IMG/VR virus record: IMGVR_UViG_3300029705_000023
Coordinates: 45,563 to 109,562 of that record
Strand: one strand, 5' to 3'
Length of the DNA stretch: 64,000 nt
Source of the DNA: a virus
Taxonomy: Duplodnaviria > Heunggongvirae > Uroviricota > Caudoviricetes
The notes under the pieces are model-generated. The model did no database searches. It was not told where the DNA came from and saw only the letters and a list, made by a program, of their open reading frames with translations. The translations under genes and the position numbers were made by a program. Below are positions 46,101 to 55,062 of the stretch, one piece after another. Position 1 is the first letter of the stretch, and the number at the start of each line of letters is the position of its first letter.

Positions 46101-47480
46101 GGCGATAGAGAGCTGAAAGGGGTCAAAGACCCGCGGACGGGACTCATGACGCTGCCTACAGTCGCCTGGGATGACAATTTGAAGGCACTTCCGGGCGGAC
46201 TTTTTGATCCGAAGACCACCGGAGGTCACGCAGGGAACCAGTGGTCGTACATTCAGCTCGATCAGCCGTATCCGAACCCTGTCATGGAGCAGCCTTTGCG
46301 CTTGATGCTCGGTTTGACAGAGAAAGAATTCCGCGATACACTGGCAGGGAAGCATAAATTATCCACAGGGACAGGTCCGGAAGCGCTTTACGCCGCTGCG
46401 AAGGCGCTGAATATCGAAAATGAGCTGATCCGAGCCAGAAATGACATAAAATCGGGCAGAAAAACGTATCGGGACGCTGCGGTCAAGCGGCTGGGCTACC
46501 TTAAATCCGCTCAGAGACTCAAACAGGAGCCGAAAGACTGGTTCCTGACGAAAGTTCCGGTCATTCCGCCCTATTTTCGTCCGGTTTCCCAGATGGGCGA
46601 TAAAAAAATGCCGCTTGTTGCGGATGCGAACTACCTCTACAAACAGCTATTTGAAGCAAATCAGGCTTACAGGTATAATAGGCGCGTGTTTGGTGATGCA
46701 GAGTCCGGTGATCTGAGCTTGAACGTCTACGACTCATTCAAAGCGGTAACTGGGCTTGGTGAACCCACTACCTCGGAGCTTCAGCAGAAGGAAGTGAAGG
46801 GACTTTTGAAGTCGATATTCGGTTCCGGACCGAAATATTCGATGATGCAGACCCGTTTGCTCGGAACGCCGGTCGATATGGCGGGAAGAGGCGTCGTGGT
46901 GCCCAATCCGGACTACGATATGGATACGGTAGGCATTCCGGAGAACATCGCATGGGATACTTACAAGCCGTTTGTGATCCGGGAGCTTCGCAGACACGGC
47001 AGAGCGGGCATTCAGGCGATCAATGACGTGGAAAACCGCACGCCGGCAGCCCGTGAGATGCTTCAGAAGGTCATGGCATCACGTCCCGTGCTTGTAAACC
47101 GTGCTCCAACGCTCCACAAGTTCGGGATCATGGCTCTAATGCCGAAATTGATCAAAGGGGACGCCATCCGGGTGAATCCATTTGTTTATCCGGGCGCTGC
47201 GATGGATAATGACGGCGATACGATGGTTTTTCACGTCCCGTCTACGGATGAAGCGGCGCAGGAAGCGATCGAACGGATGCTTCCATCCAGAAACCTCCTT
47301 TCGCCGTCGGATTTTACCGTCATGCCGAAGATCACCAAGGAACATTTGATAGGACTCTACGAATCCACACGCCCCAGACCCGGAACGCCGACCCGAACCT
47401 TCCGAAATTCAGCCGATGTCGTCGCCGCCTGGCGCCGGGGCGATCTGGATCCGCATGAGAAAATAAGAGTAATGGAGTAA
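43095..47480 (+). CDS. Multisubunit-type DNA-directed RNA polymerase: beta fused to the N-terminal (catalytic) half of beta'
   Basis: Beta motifs DKISGRYGNKGVV and KIGMLELSALLSHGA; beta' motifs VPVIPPYFRP, VDMAGRGVV, VNRAPTLHK, AAMDNDGD. Confidence 0.92.
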   Translation: MDNLKDFREVGDIEATRQAIWDQALEAASSLEPVSNSRYTLGLTDVRWQGKDVFPKAEHKKALMNGTYLTRKLSGTWTLTDNATGQQVAKRRTVIAHVPYMTDMGTFVRGGNDYTLAHQLRLKPGVYTRWLDNGELEAHVNVSRGLGHKIYLDPASGIFKLKMGQASVPVADALEILGAPQDKMRKAWGEELYRQNTFKRDPKALNKLYEKLTYGKGEAQTQEEKKLAIQQAFAKMGLDPQVSQVTLGKPYSVVDPDVILDTTAKLLRINKGLQDTDSRDDMAFQRLFGPEDLIADKIRSSGNLMRQYLWRASQRNALDKIPAGAFDANVDSVLIGTGLGMPIEGINPIETFDNQFRVTRLGEGGIASLDAIPASARNVHPSQMGLIDPIRTPESLKVGVDARLAGNVRKGKDGQIYTRLLDKKGNSQWRSATDIAQYAVAFPGAMQSPYNFVPCVKAGRMLMLPKAEIDFAYPNMQSAQHATGRLVPMTANVKGQRAVMAARMLTQALPLQNAEAPLVQTGMPDEEDKSYEEHYGSRFGAIRATEPCQVIDAGPDKVTVRTRSGETKDIELYRDLVFNRKTGLSQQAVVQPGTVLKPGDLIARSNFTDDKGAMAVGMNARIAFLPYQGLNFEDAIVVSESFAKRMASEHYYKNRLAGGSDTTVDTQKFLAMKPGMYTKEQTANFTEDGLIKPGTVVRPGDPLILAVTKIEPTEAQRKLGRKAHWRDSSVKWEHHDDGIVTDVYQDAKGAQVIVKSRQELQVADKISGRYGNKGVVSAIVPDAELPSLPDGSKPEVLMSPLAIVGRVNPGFVLETLLGKIAKVTGKRYALKDFGGSTEDVARFVAEEAKKYGIKDVEDMIDDSDPDHPRVIPQVLNGYTYMMKLHHSAESKAQGRGIGSYTNDLQPAKGGDDGAKKIGMLELSALLSHGALSNVADMKYVKGQENLDYWRQYTAGYNPPTPRIPYVYHKFVNFLKGSGIHVQREGSRVHIMALTAKDVDQMTGDRELKGVKDPRTGLMTLPTVAWDDNLKALPGGLFDPKTTGGHAGNQWSYIQLDQPYPNPVMEQPLRLMLGLTEKEFRDTLAGKHKLSTGTGPEALYAAAKALNIENELIRARNDIKSGRKTYRDAAVKRLGYLKSAQRLKQEPKDWFLTKVPVIPPYFRPVSQMGDKKMPLVADANYLYKQLFEANQAYRYNRRVFGDAESGDLSLNVYDSFKAVTGLGEPTTSELQQKEVKGLLKSIFGSGPKYSMMQTRLLGTPVDMAGRGVVVPNPDYDMDTVGIPENIAWDTYKPFVIRELRRHGRAGIQAINDVENRTPAAREMLQKVMASRPVLVNRAPTLHKFGIMALMPKLIKGDAIRVNPFVYPGAAMDNDGDTMVFHVPSTDEAAQEAIERMLPSRNLLSPSDFTVMPKITKEHLIGLYESTRPRPGTPTRTFRNSADVVAAWRRGDLDPHEKIRVME

Positions 47481-47486
47481 ATAGGG

Positions 47487-48008
47487 ATGAGTCAGTTTAC
47501 GATGCAGAAGCAGGCACACGTCCGCCTGATCAAGCTGGCGAACGCGGCTGCGGTTATCCGTAGGACGCGCAGGCAGGTGAAATGGGCAAGCGGGACAACA
47601 CCTGATACCGAGGCTGCTGCACCCAGCGGGGAGGCTACTGCGGCGGCTACGCCCGCGGGACCGCCATCGGAGCCAGTTGTGCCGAACTCGGATACCGGGG
47701 GAGACACCAGCTGGCTTGACTGGGCGAAGACGCCGGCGGGTATTGGTACTTTGGCGGGTGTCGGGATCGGCGGAGCGCTGGGTGCTTCTCAGTTCGGTCC
47801 TTTAGGCGGACTGGTTGGTGCTGCGGCCGGTGGTTTTGTCGGCAATTATGCTGCGCCGTGGTTTACGTCGGAAGATGAGGAGGGACTTGGTGGTTTGTAT
47901 ATACCGTACACTGCTAACCTGAACTGGTACCCGCAGTCTCCGCCGATCGCCGCTCAGTATGACTGGTCCCGTAAGTGGGATGCCGCGAGGGGCGCAGACC
48001 TGGGGTAG
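47487..48008 (+). CDS. Gly-rich hydrophobic putative virion protein
   Basis: KxA motifs at the N-terminus; GGxxGxxxG helices; frame continues to 48170 across two TAGs. Confidence 0.75.
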   Translation: MSQFTMQKQAHVRLIKLANAAAVIRRTRRQVKWASGTTPDTEAAAPSGEATAAATPAGPPSEPVVPNSDTGGDTSWLDWAKTPAGIGTLAGVGIGGALGASQFGPLGGLVGAAAGGFVGNYAAPWFTSEDEEGLGGLYIPYTANLNWYPQSPPIAAQYDWSRKWDAARGADLG

Positions 48009-48194
48009 ATTCCTGATAACATATCACTCTAGGAAGCTGCTTCAGGCGCAGTTGCCAATGTAGAAGAGAGGGCAATACTGATGCAGCCGCCGAACTCTAA
48101 TGAATTACAGCAGGTCCCGCCAGGGGATGTTCTGACTCTGGAGAGTGCCGGATGGCAGCGTATCCAGTGATTACTTTTTTTTTAGGAGACTAAC

Positions 48195-48707
48195 ATGACT
48201 ACATACATCAAACAGGCTGCAAGCCGAATCAAATTGCACAAGTACGCCAGCGCCGCGAAATGTATCCGCCGGCAGCGTGCCATGGAGAAGTATGCTTACT
48301 TCCTGAAGCAGGCCGAAGAAGAGGACAAGAAAGAGGATTCGAAAAGTGACAAGAAGGACGACAAGAAAGACGGTAAAAAGGGACCCGGTTTCTTTAAGAC
48401 GGTAGGCGGCTATGCGGGTGCTGCTGCTCCGACAGTTGGCGGTGTCGGTCTGGGGTCTCTTTCTGGCTATGGTCTTGCCAAGCTGTTTGGAGCTAAACAT
48501 CCGTTGCTGTGGAGCCTAGGCGGGGGTGCTGTAGGAGGACTTGCGGTCAATAAAGATCCGATTCTGGATTTGGCAACACTCGGTCTGGGCGCACGTGAGC
48601 TTAGTCGGCGCGCTAAAGGGAAGTCTGCGCTGTCGAAAACGACGGGGCTCCTTCCAGCGGAGCAGGAGGCTAACGTTAATGCCGGGTTGGCCAACTTACT
48701 CAACTAA
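48195..48707 (+). CDS. Gly-rich hydrophobic putative virion protein, similar in layout to 47487
   Basis: AGGAG RBS; similar N-terminus (IKQAASRIKLHKYASAAKCIRRQR) and glycine-zipper-like segments. Confidence 0.78.
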   Translation: MTTYIKQAASRIKLHKYASAAKCIRRQRAMEKYAYFLKQAEEEDKKEDSKSDKKDDKKDGKKGPGFFKTVGGYAGAAAPTVGGVGLGSLSGYGLAKLFGAKHPLLWSLGGGAVGGLAVNKDPILDLATLGLGARELSRRAKGKSALSKTTGLLPAEQEANVNAGLANLLN

Positions 48708-48719
48708 AGTCAGACGTGT

Positions 48720-49391
48720 ATGATAAAGGGCAGCGCAGCAATACTTTTCTACGAGGCGTATGATGCGGCAACCGGCTTGCGAAAGCCGGGTGACGCGGCG
48801 CAGCATACCGTATTCTATTCCGCGGGAGGCGGTCTGGAGCCGCTCTCTGTAGTGCCGGAGGAACTTTCTTCTTCGGGCGTATATACGTTTACACTTCCTG
48901 CGGAGTATACATGGAAGGATACGGCGGTGTGCCTTATCATTTCGGCTTCGGTTGACGTTGTGATTCCACTGATTACGCTTTCGTTTGAGGAGCAGACGGA
49001 AAGGGTACCGGATATAACGGCGCTCTGTGCGGAGCTTCCTGCACGCACTGCGGAAGCAGTACATGCCCGCACGCTGTCCTCTGGGCAGTCACTTGCAGAG
49101 GCTGTGACAGGGGTCAGTACTAAACTGGCGTCTTATCCCGCAGGAGACGACATTGCCTGTAAGCGGGATATTCCGACGGTGGAATCTTTGTCGGAGGCAT
49201 TATTAATAACAGACGTAGGTGCTTTGACACCGGCAGCGTATTCCCTCGGTTCCATGGTCCTGGCGGGTTTCTGCTCTACGATGGACCCGCAGACGGGCAT
49301 TTGGGAGATACGCAAGCCGAACGGTACTCTGGTCGCTTCCAGAAGGTTTTTAACTTCAGATAAGCTGGCACCCGTTGTTGAGGTATACTGA
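48720..49391 (+). CDS. Hypothetical, probably structural, protein
   Basis: ORF in the structural cluster; terminator follows at about 49408-49439. Confidence 0.72.
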   Translation: MIKGSAAILFYEAYDAATGLRKPGDAAQHTVFYSAGGGLEPLSVVPEELSSSGVYTFTLPAEYTWKDTAVCLIISASVDVVIPLITLSFEEQTERVPDITALCAELPARTAEAVHARTLSSGQSLAEAVTGVSTKLASYPAGDDIACKRDIPTVESLSEALLITDVGALTPAAYSLGSMVLAGFCSTMDPQTGIWEIRKPNGTLVASRRFLTSDKLAPVVEVY

Positions 49392-49455
49392 GCGTCTTCG
49401 GAACGAAGGGCACGGCCGCTGCTGTCGTGCCTTTTTTTTAGCTGTTGAGGTAATC

Positions 49456-50478
49456 ATGCAAGAGTATTTACAGGCTGCAGAAGATATTGCACAGCTGATA
49501 CATAAAGGTCGAAAGTATCAGGAGAAGCTGGCAGGTGCGAATCTGGCGGGGGCTTTTGTTTACTGGAAGCCGGAGACCGGTGAATTTTCAGTGAGAGTCA
49601 CAGGCAGGCGGCAGAGAGAGAAAAGGGCGTTTTATAGTCAGGAACTCTATGCCAGTGGAAATCTGCCGTTTTCCAGTTTTCGTGATGATACGAATGAAGA
49701 GAACGGCTGGGTACTGCTTCAGCATCCGTATAGCTATCGCCCGGCAGAGCAGTTGAAGAAATACGCTTCGTTTATCGATACGCCAGCTAAACTTTCGTTG
49801 ACAGGAGCTTTGCTGGGAGGCGGAGCTTTATTTGGGAAGAGCCTGTATGATACCTGGGATCTTCCGGTTCCTTTCAAGTATAAGCTGCGTCATGCACTAA
49901 AGCCTACATTGATTGCAGGCGGGGTTGGGCTTTTGCCCGGGCTAGCGGCGGGTGCGCTTCATAGTTACCAGACGCGTCCTGTATTGGAGGATGGTACCCG
50001 CGCTCGAAGACCGGAGGTGGGTTTTTTTCGCGCGATGGGGATGACAGAAGACGAGCTTAAAGACGCCTCGCCAACTTATGCAGTCAAAAAGGAAGTAGAG
50101 GAAGCCAGACGACAGGCTTTTGGTAAACGGGCGGAAGTTAATGCCTTTGGGGCTCTGGAGAGAGACGCTTCTTTAATCAATGTAGACACGTTTAATCGTG
50201 CGATCTGGGACGACACCCAGAGCGGCTGGATCCAGCCGGACAACGCCCTGCTGGTATCCAGTACGCTGGAGGCTTCCCGCCCGAATAACAGTCCGTTTAC
50301 TACACCTACTGCCGTAATGGGGACACTGGTAAATGCCGGCATCGGCTGGGCGACATCGGCAGTTGTTGGTAAAACGTTAGGAGCCTTGAGTATACTGTCT
50401 CCTGCTGGAGAACAGAAATTACGCGAGATCGGCACATGGGGAGGGATCATCGACGGACTGGGCGGTTCCTTACATTAA
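49456..50478 (+). CDS. Putative virion protein with KxA motifs and Gly-rich hydrophobic segments
   Basis: GAGG RBS; LTGALLGGG, IAGGVGLLPGLAAG. Confidence 0.75.
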   Translation: MQEYLQAAEDIAQLIHKGRKYQEKLAGANLAGAFVYWKPETGEFSVRVTGRRQREKRAFYSQELYASGNLPFSSFRDDTNEENGWVLLQHPYSYRPAEQLKKYASFIDTPAKLSLTGALLGGGALFGKSLYDTWDLPVPFKYKLRHALKPTLIAGGVGLLPGLAAGALHSYQTRPVLEDGTRARRPEVGFFRAMGMTEDELKDASPTYAVKKEVEEARRQAFGKRAEVNAFGALERDASLINVDTFNRAIWDDTQSGWIQPDNALLVSSTLEASRPNNSPFTTPTAVMGTLVNAGIGWATSAVVGKTLGALSILSPAGEQKLREIGTWGGIIDGLGGSLH

Positions 50479-51329
50479 TTTTGCTTATTGTCATTCGGTT
50501 TAGAAGCGGGATTCATGGATTCCGCTTTTTCTTTTTTAGGTGTTTCAGGAGTTTTGCTGGAAAACAGTCCGTTGAATGAATCGGCGGCACTGTTGATCGG
50601 CTCCCAGCCTTTCCAGCCGTTTTGTCTTGCGGCACCGTAACCTGCGCCGGCAGCGCCGATAACGGCGGCTCCGGTAAGACCCAGGAGCGGTTTTCCTGCC
50701 AGTATTCCGCCCAATGCTACAGGTGCACCCAGTGCCATTGCAGGCGCGGTGTAGTGCATGATGTCAGGTGTGTATGCTTTCGGTTTATGCCTGAAGCTGC
50801 CCTGTGCAGGATCCGCGGAATCCTTTGTAAGAATTCCCTCTCGGATAGCATCGGCCAGGGGTCCTCGATACCAACTGTCCGGCAGCATATAATATCCGGC
50901 ACGCAGTCCGAACCAACCGCCGAGGGTAGCATCCATATCCCGCAGAGCGTTTAACGCGGAGCTGCGTATATTCTGCATACCTGGTGCGGAGAAAAGGCCT
51001 GTACGTTTCCCGGCCCACTCATCGACGGCATTTGAGGCAATCATACCCCAGAGGTGCCGGTTTGGCTCGCCGGATGCTCCTGCGCGCATAAGTAGCTGGA
51101 GGGCATTGATCTTTCCTCCATGCTGACTCCGCCAGTCGTTAATGTACTCTCGTGTTTTGGGATCAGAAGCCAGGTACAGCTGTTGGATACTGGTGGCGTC
51201 TGTCCAGTTGTCGTCCCTACCGGTCAGGTGTATCGGGTCTAGAGAAGGCTGCTGTCCAGCCGTCTTGCATCTTTGCATGGTTTGGGCGTATCTGTTATAC
51301 TCCGAGAGTTGTTGATAGTAAGTGGTCAT
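50475..51329 (-). CDS. Putative virion protein with Gly/Ala hydrophobic C-terminus
   Basis: Lone minus-strand ORF, convergent with 49456. Confidence 0.7.
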   Translation of the reverse strand: MTTYYQQLSEYNRYAQTMQRCKTAGQQPSLDPIHLTGRDDNWTDATSIQQLYLASDPKTREYINDWRSQHGGKINALQLLMRAGASGEPNRHLWGMIASNAVDEWAGKRTGLFSAPGMQNIRSSALNALRDMDATLGGWFGLRAGYYMLPDSWYRGPLADAIREGILTKDSADPAQGSFRHKPKAYTPDIMHYTAPAMALGAPVALGGILAGKPLLGLTGAAVIGAAGAGYGAARQNGWKGWEPINSAADSFNGLFSSKTPETPKKEKAESMNPASKPNDNKQN

Positions 51330-51346
51330 AATTTTGGATTCTAAAC

Positions 51347-51664
51347 ATGGCTAAGGACACGGGACATTACACTGCACTTGATCATATTATCAAGTTTATC
51401 AAAAATGACCAAGCCTCTCCATTACTTCCAGTCGCTGGATTAGGTGCAGGGGCCTTGACCGGGCTGCTGACCAGAAAGCAGCTTCCACAGGAAGAGGTCG
51501 GCAAGTATCTGTTACGCTGTACCCTGATGGGCGGATTGACCGGGACAGGTGCGGAACTAGCACGTGTAGGAAGTGCAAAGGGATGGAAACATCTAACACA
51601 GGCAAATAATATTCCGGACGGTGTAGGCGGTGTTATTGTGGATAAGCCGCTCGGGAGAGGGTAA
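51347..51664 (+). CDS. Small Gly-rich hydrophobic protein
   Basis: VAGLGAGALTG and MGGLTGTG segments. Confidence 0.65.
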   Translation: MAKDTGHYTALDHIIKFIKNDQASPLLPVAGLGAGALTGLLTRKQLPQEEVGKYLLRCTLMGGLTGTGAELARVGSAKGWKHLTQANNIPDGVGGVIVDKPLGRG

Positions 51665-51676
51665 AAGGACAAAGCT

Positions 51677-54259
51677 ATGTTAAAAGTCATATCCAGCGAT
51701 GCCTGGAAGGATAGTTTATGGAGCGACGAGACGCCGCGGTCGGCACTGATCAAGTGTTCGTCGCGCGGGGTGGTGGACCGGAAGTCGTTTGTGAAGCGGG
51801 CATGTGCTTCGTCAGACGAACTGCTCGACAAGTTCGCGTCCATGGAGAAGAAGCCGGGTGAAGAATATGTGCATTTGATCGGGCTGGGATCCACGGAAGC
51901 ATATGGCCCGAACCGGAATGGCGACGGCTTTTCGGAGGAAGCGTGCCGGAAGTATCATCCTACTTTCGTAAAGGATGCGCGGGTCTATCGCGATCACAAA
52001 AACACGGATAAGTCCAAGAGCTACGGACTTGTGAAGGCGTCCGCGTTCAATGAGGCCATGTCCCGTGTGGAGCTGATCGTGGCGCTGAACGCTACCGAAG
52101 CCGCGGCGCGGGCTAATAACGGCTTGCTGGCGGATAAGGAGATGGAGAAACTGGCAGCCGGGAAGGATCTCCCGGTATCGATGGCCTGTCTTACAAATCC
52201 GGACTACCCGATCCTGACGCGTGATAAGGGTTACGTGCCGATCAAGGATATTCAGGTCGGTGATCTTGTGTGGACAAAAGACTCGGGTTGGAAACCAGTA
52301 ACGGCGTTGAACCGCCGGAGATATACCGGGCAACTTTGCGAACTGCACATAACAGGGCTTCCCTTTCCGCTGGAGCTGACGGCGGATCATCTTATGTGGG
52401 CGAAGTGTCTGCGCAGTGACAATCCGCGAAAAGAGATCACACGTTTCTTTGCGGGGGACTCGGCGGAGGCAGGTCCGGAGTGGGTGCCGGCAGAGAAGCT
52501 GCAGATCGGTGATTACTTGTTTTATCGCGCTGTATCCAGACACACGGCTTTTGGTGCACTGGATGACACAGAGCTGGCAGCGGTTCTGGGATACTACATG
52601 GCGGAAGGCTATGTCAGTTTTTGCAAAGGGAATCCTAACACGGTAGCTTTCGCGTGTAACGTGAGCGACTCGCTCCCCAGAAAGGTTCCGAAGTATCTAC
52701 ACGAAATGTGGCCGGAGATTACAGTAAGTATCAGACCGCATCGCAGTTCAGTGCAGGGGCTGGTAGTTTCTGTGTACTCAGCGGAGCTTGCCCGATTTGT
52801 GAATAAGCTGATACGCACGGGCAGTCACGACAAGATTGTCCCGCCGGAAATCAGTAATGCCCGGCGGGAAGTACAGCTTGCGTTCCTCGGTGCATGGATC
52901 GACGGCGACGGCTACGTTGATGACAAAGGGGCGCATATCTCGACTTGCAGCCGGAGTCTTGCGCTGCAGGCTCGCGATTTGGGCATGCAATTGGGTTACG
53001 CGGTGTCTATTTACTGCATAGATCATACCCGCTGTGCGACCAGTGGAATGAAGAACAGCGGAGTTGAGTTCCAGATCAATTTCGCGAAACCTGATCTCGC
53101 GGAGCTGGCAGCTTATTCGGACAAGATCAGCAGCAGGATACCCGAAGTTACAGATCGAGAGCGAGGCAGCAAGATACGTACGTATCAGGACGGATTCTTT
53201 GCTTACAAGATTAAGGAGATCCGGTACCGCGCGGTTACGGATATTCAGACGTATAACTTTGAGGTCGCCGATGACCCTTCTTACTCCGCGGCGGGATTGA
53301 TCAGTCATAACTGCAGTGTCCCCTATGATATTTGTTCGTTTTGTGGAAATAAGGCGCAGACCACGGCGGAGTACTGCACCGGGACACATGAAGGCGGGAA
53401 GTGCCGGGCTGGCGGACTGAAGCACCATATGGGAAAGATCGCCAGTGTGGATGGGAAACTGGTCCAGCTTTATGCGGATAACACAAGACCGTCCTTTTTT
53501 GACATCTCGCATGTCTTCGTACCGGCCGATCGTATCGCGTACTCTTCCGGCAGACTCACGAAGCAGGCTTCCGCAGGTACACCAGTAACTTACGGAGGGG
53601 CAGAACTTGCCCGTCAGCTGTGCGTGACCGGGGGCGGACACTATATGGAGGATCCGGAGCAGGTCCACGCACTCCAGCTGCTGAAGAGAGCTGTTGCGGA
53701 CTTCCATGCCAGACGGCTCTGGGAAAAGCGTGCTTCTTTCCTTTCCGTGCTGAACCACATTCCGCTGAAGAAGGTCGCCGAGGCGAAGCGGTATTCTTTT
53801 GACGCGGTACAGAAAGCATTTCAGGACCTCCATGTCTGCCTGACGCCCAGCCAGTTTGTGCAGTTGACCGGGGATCTTCCGCTGGAAAAGGCGGCACAGC
53901 TCGGAGAGATCATCGCTCCGCTTTCCAATGACTTCTTGGAGAAGTGCGCTGCAGCGCAGGCGCTTCCGAAACCGGCGGTCCACGCTCCGGAACCGCTTTT
54001 CCATTGGGCTGCTTCCCAGAATCTTCCGTCCATTCATCCGGACAGGTTCTTTAAGCAGGCTGCACTGGCGGCGGTTTCTCCGGCACCTGATTTTACGCTG
54101 AGTCCTGAAGAAGTCTACGCTCTGGGCGAGGATCCTTCGATCCGGAAACTGGCGGCTCAGTATGCTCTGTATAAAGCGGCGTTTGTTGCCAATCTTCCGT
54201 CTTCGCTGCGGGAGACGGCAGCGGAGCTTTTGGTAGGGCGCGACTACACGGGGTTCTGA
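51677..54259 (+). CDS. Putative prohead (maturation) protease, interrupted by an intein
   Basis: NRNGDGF, YRDH (candidate His) and extein junction VSMA|CSVPYDICSFCGN (candidate Ser); C-terminal KxA-rich region. Confidence 0.7.
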   Translation: MLKVISSDAWKDSLWSDETPRSALIKCSSRGVVDRKSFVKRACASSDELLDKFASMEKKPGEEYVHLIGLGSTEAYGPNRNGDGFSEEACRKYHPTFVKDARVYRDHKNTDKSKSYGLVKASAFNEAMSRVELIVALNATEAAARANNGLLADKEMEKLAAGKDLPVSMACLTNPDYPILTRDKGYVPIKDIQVGDLVWTKDSGWKPVTALNRRRYTGQLCELHITGLPFPLELTADHLMWAKCLRSDNPRKEITRFFAGDSAEAGPEWVPAEKLQIGDYLFYRAVSRHTAFGALDDTELAAVLGYYMAEGYVSFCKGNPNTVAFACNVSDSLPRKVPKYLHEMWPEITVSIRPHRSSVQGLVVSVYSAELARFVNKLIRTGSHDKIVPPEISNARREVQLAFLGAWIDGDGYVDDKGAHISTCSRSLALQARDLGMQLGYAVSIYCIDHTRCATSGMKNSGVEFQINFAKPDLAELAAYSDKISSRIPEVTDRERGSKIRTYQDGFFAYKIKEIRYRAVTDIQTYNFEVADDPSYSAAGLISHNCSVPYDICSFCGNKAQTTAEYCTGTHEGGKCRAGGLKHHMGKIASVDGKLVQLYADNTRPSFFDISHVFVPADRIAYSSGRLTKQASAGTPVTYGGAELARQLCVTGGGHYMEDPEQVHALQLLKRAVADFHARRLWEKRASFLSVLNHIPLKKVAEAKRYSFDAVQKAFQDLHVCLTPSQFVQLTGDLPLEKAAQLGEIIAPLSNDFLEKCAAAQALPKPAVHAPEPLFHWAASQNLPSIHPDRFFKQAALAAVSPAPDFTLSPEEVYALGEDPSIRKLAAQYALYKAAFVANLPSSLRETAAELLVGRDYTGF
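52187..53311 (+). mobile_element. Intein (375 aa) with LAGLIDADG homing endonuclease
   Basis: Starts CLTNPDYPILT, ends YNFEVADDPSYSAAGLISHN followed by Cys+1; LGYYMAEG and FLGAWIDGDG blocks. Confidence 0.92.
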
Positions 54260-54260
54260 C

Positions 54261-54551
54261 ATGCAGCCGTTTGATAGTATTTCCGGCCCCTCCTACTATT
54301 CAGAAGCAGGCATCCCGAATCAGCTGGTTGCGGAGGTTTCTGCCGAGCAGCTGGGCGTGACGCCTGCGTCGCTCATCTGGTCAGATCCGGGACGGGCAGC
54401 CAACATGATCCTTCAGAATCTGGTACGGGATGGACAGCAAAAAAGAAACACTTCGGCGGGTAGGCTTCCGAACGACAAAAACATCAATGACCGTGCCCAA
54501 GGCTGCCAAACAGCTGGGTGTGTCCGCCGAGTTCCTCCGCGAGGAAATTAA
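54261..54551 (+). CDS. Hypothetical protein (overlaps the next ORF)
   Basis: Starts 1 nt after the protease stop; 3' part overlaps 54487. Confidence 0.5.
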   Translation: MQPFDSISGPSYYSEAGIPNQLVAEVSAEQLGVTPASLIWSDPGRAANMILQNLVRDGQQKRNTSAGRLPNDKNINDRAQGCQTAGCVRRVPPRGN

Positions 54552-55062
54552 GCGCGGGCACCTGCATACGACGCGCGGTTTTTACCGTTACGGGCACGTG
54601 GTTCGAGTCAGTTTTCTGGAACTGCGCGAGTACTTTCGGTATCTGGGTCTTGAGCCGTGGCATCTTCGCGGCGCGGAGACCGCGGCGTATCTTGGCGGTT
54701 CCATGAAGGAAGCCGCACGGCGGGACGGTGCTTTGTGGGATCAGTCTCTGCGGCGGTTCCTTACGTTTTTCATTGGGTTTGACGGATCCTTTATTTTAGG
54801 TCCTGACGCGATCCGGTGTCTTCAGGAGGAAGAGCTGGAATTTGCCTGTCGGGACCTGTTCCATTATAATCAGATCGTCTTGAGGCACCGTCCGTTTTGT
54901 TCCCTGCGGTACATAAAGCTGGGCTACGATCGGAAGACACATGAGAAGTCGCGGGAGCTTCAGGAGCAAATGCAGGTTCTGTATCCTGGGGTGGTCCAGC
55001 GGGTTCCTGCCGATCATTTACTGCGTATGACCTGCATTTCCTGGAGAGACGATAATGGCTGA
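54487..55062 (+). CDS. Protein with N-terminal excisionase/MerR-like HTH
   Basis: MTVPKAAKQLGVSAEFLREEIKRGHL; start could be 54430. Confidence 0.65.
   Translation: MTVPKAAKQLGVSAEFLREEIKRGHLHTTRGFYRYGHVVRVSFLELREYFRYLGLEPWHLRGAETAAYLGGSMKEAARRDGALWDQSLRRFLTFFIGFDGSFILGPDAIRCLQEEELEFACRDLFHYNQIVLRHRPFCSLRYIKLGYDRKTHEKSRELQEQMQVLYPGVVQRVPADHLLRMTCISWRDDNG

Noticed and set aside
43056-46355. Long antisense ORFs 43056-44696 and 44784-46355, and similar ones opposite other genes
   Set aside because: Shadow frames of GC-rich sense genes, with no RBS or recognisable motifs.
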